This document shows positions 63,662 to 64,000 of a stretch of 64,000 nt of DNA, one piece after another. The stretch lies in contig OZ037771.1 in the NCBI GenBank assembly GCA_964035545.1, positions 9,293,408-9,357,407 of the forward strand. The letters run 5' to 3'. A program made the position numbers and the translations under genes. Position 1 is the first letter of the stretch, and each line of letters opens with the position of its first letter. This DNA comes from Bugula neritina (Eukaryota > Animalia > Bryozoa). Below the pieces are notes generated by a model that made no database searches, was not told the origin of the DNA, and saw only the letters and a program-made list of their open reading frames with translations.

Positions 63662-64000
63662 GTCACCAGCACACTGCCTGTCAACTAGCCTTTATTAAAT
63701 AACTTGGAATATACCATTCATAGGTCATTTACATCAAAGTATACGGAATTCAACTCAATTAACAAAGCCTGTTATTGTAGCTGTAATAGTAGTATAGATT
63801 TTGAATATTTATTTTTATTAGCTGCTGGGAGGAAACAGGCCATTGCAAGTGCAAAATTGTGGGTTGTTATTAGAGCTCAGCATAATTCTTTTATTTATCC
63901 TTTGGGTTTCAAGTGCCCTGGCTTAGCTTATTGACTGATTACTCTTCATTCAACAAAAATTTGCTATAGCCAGAAATTTACTGAAGTCTACTAACTTTCG

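Overview
AT-rich, intron-rich animal (invertebrate, probably lophotrochozoan) genomic DNA, not prokaryotic. Six genes could be assembled by hand with consistent GT-AG boundaries and phases: RPP21 (+), a secreted Reeler/Thr-rich/chitin-binding (CBM14) protein (-), STARD10/PCTP-like (-), an IQ-motif + SCHIP1 gene (+), TM2D3/almondex (-, single coding exon) and WRAP53/TCAB1 (+). There is also the first coding exon of an unidentified gene near the end. Mobile DNA includes two decayed Ty3/Gypsy elements, two RTE and one CR1-like LINE fragments, tRNA-derived SINEs, several MITEs or DNA-transposon relics (one nested) and mini/microsatellites. Two observations stand out. (1) All three inferred housekeeping promoters are flanked on both sides by ~0.3-1.5 kb strand-symmetric tracts of drifting 6-bp periodicity (xxx-AGT/ACT-xxx), and an inverted repeat caught inside one tract has gained 6- and 12-bp insertions in one arm, pointing to a promoter-localised +6 bp insertion process. 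(2) The first Gypsy element appears to carry an intron-containing accessory gene with a C2H2-like zinc finger downstream of pol. Gene identities come from recognised motifs, not database searches.
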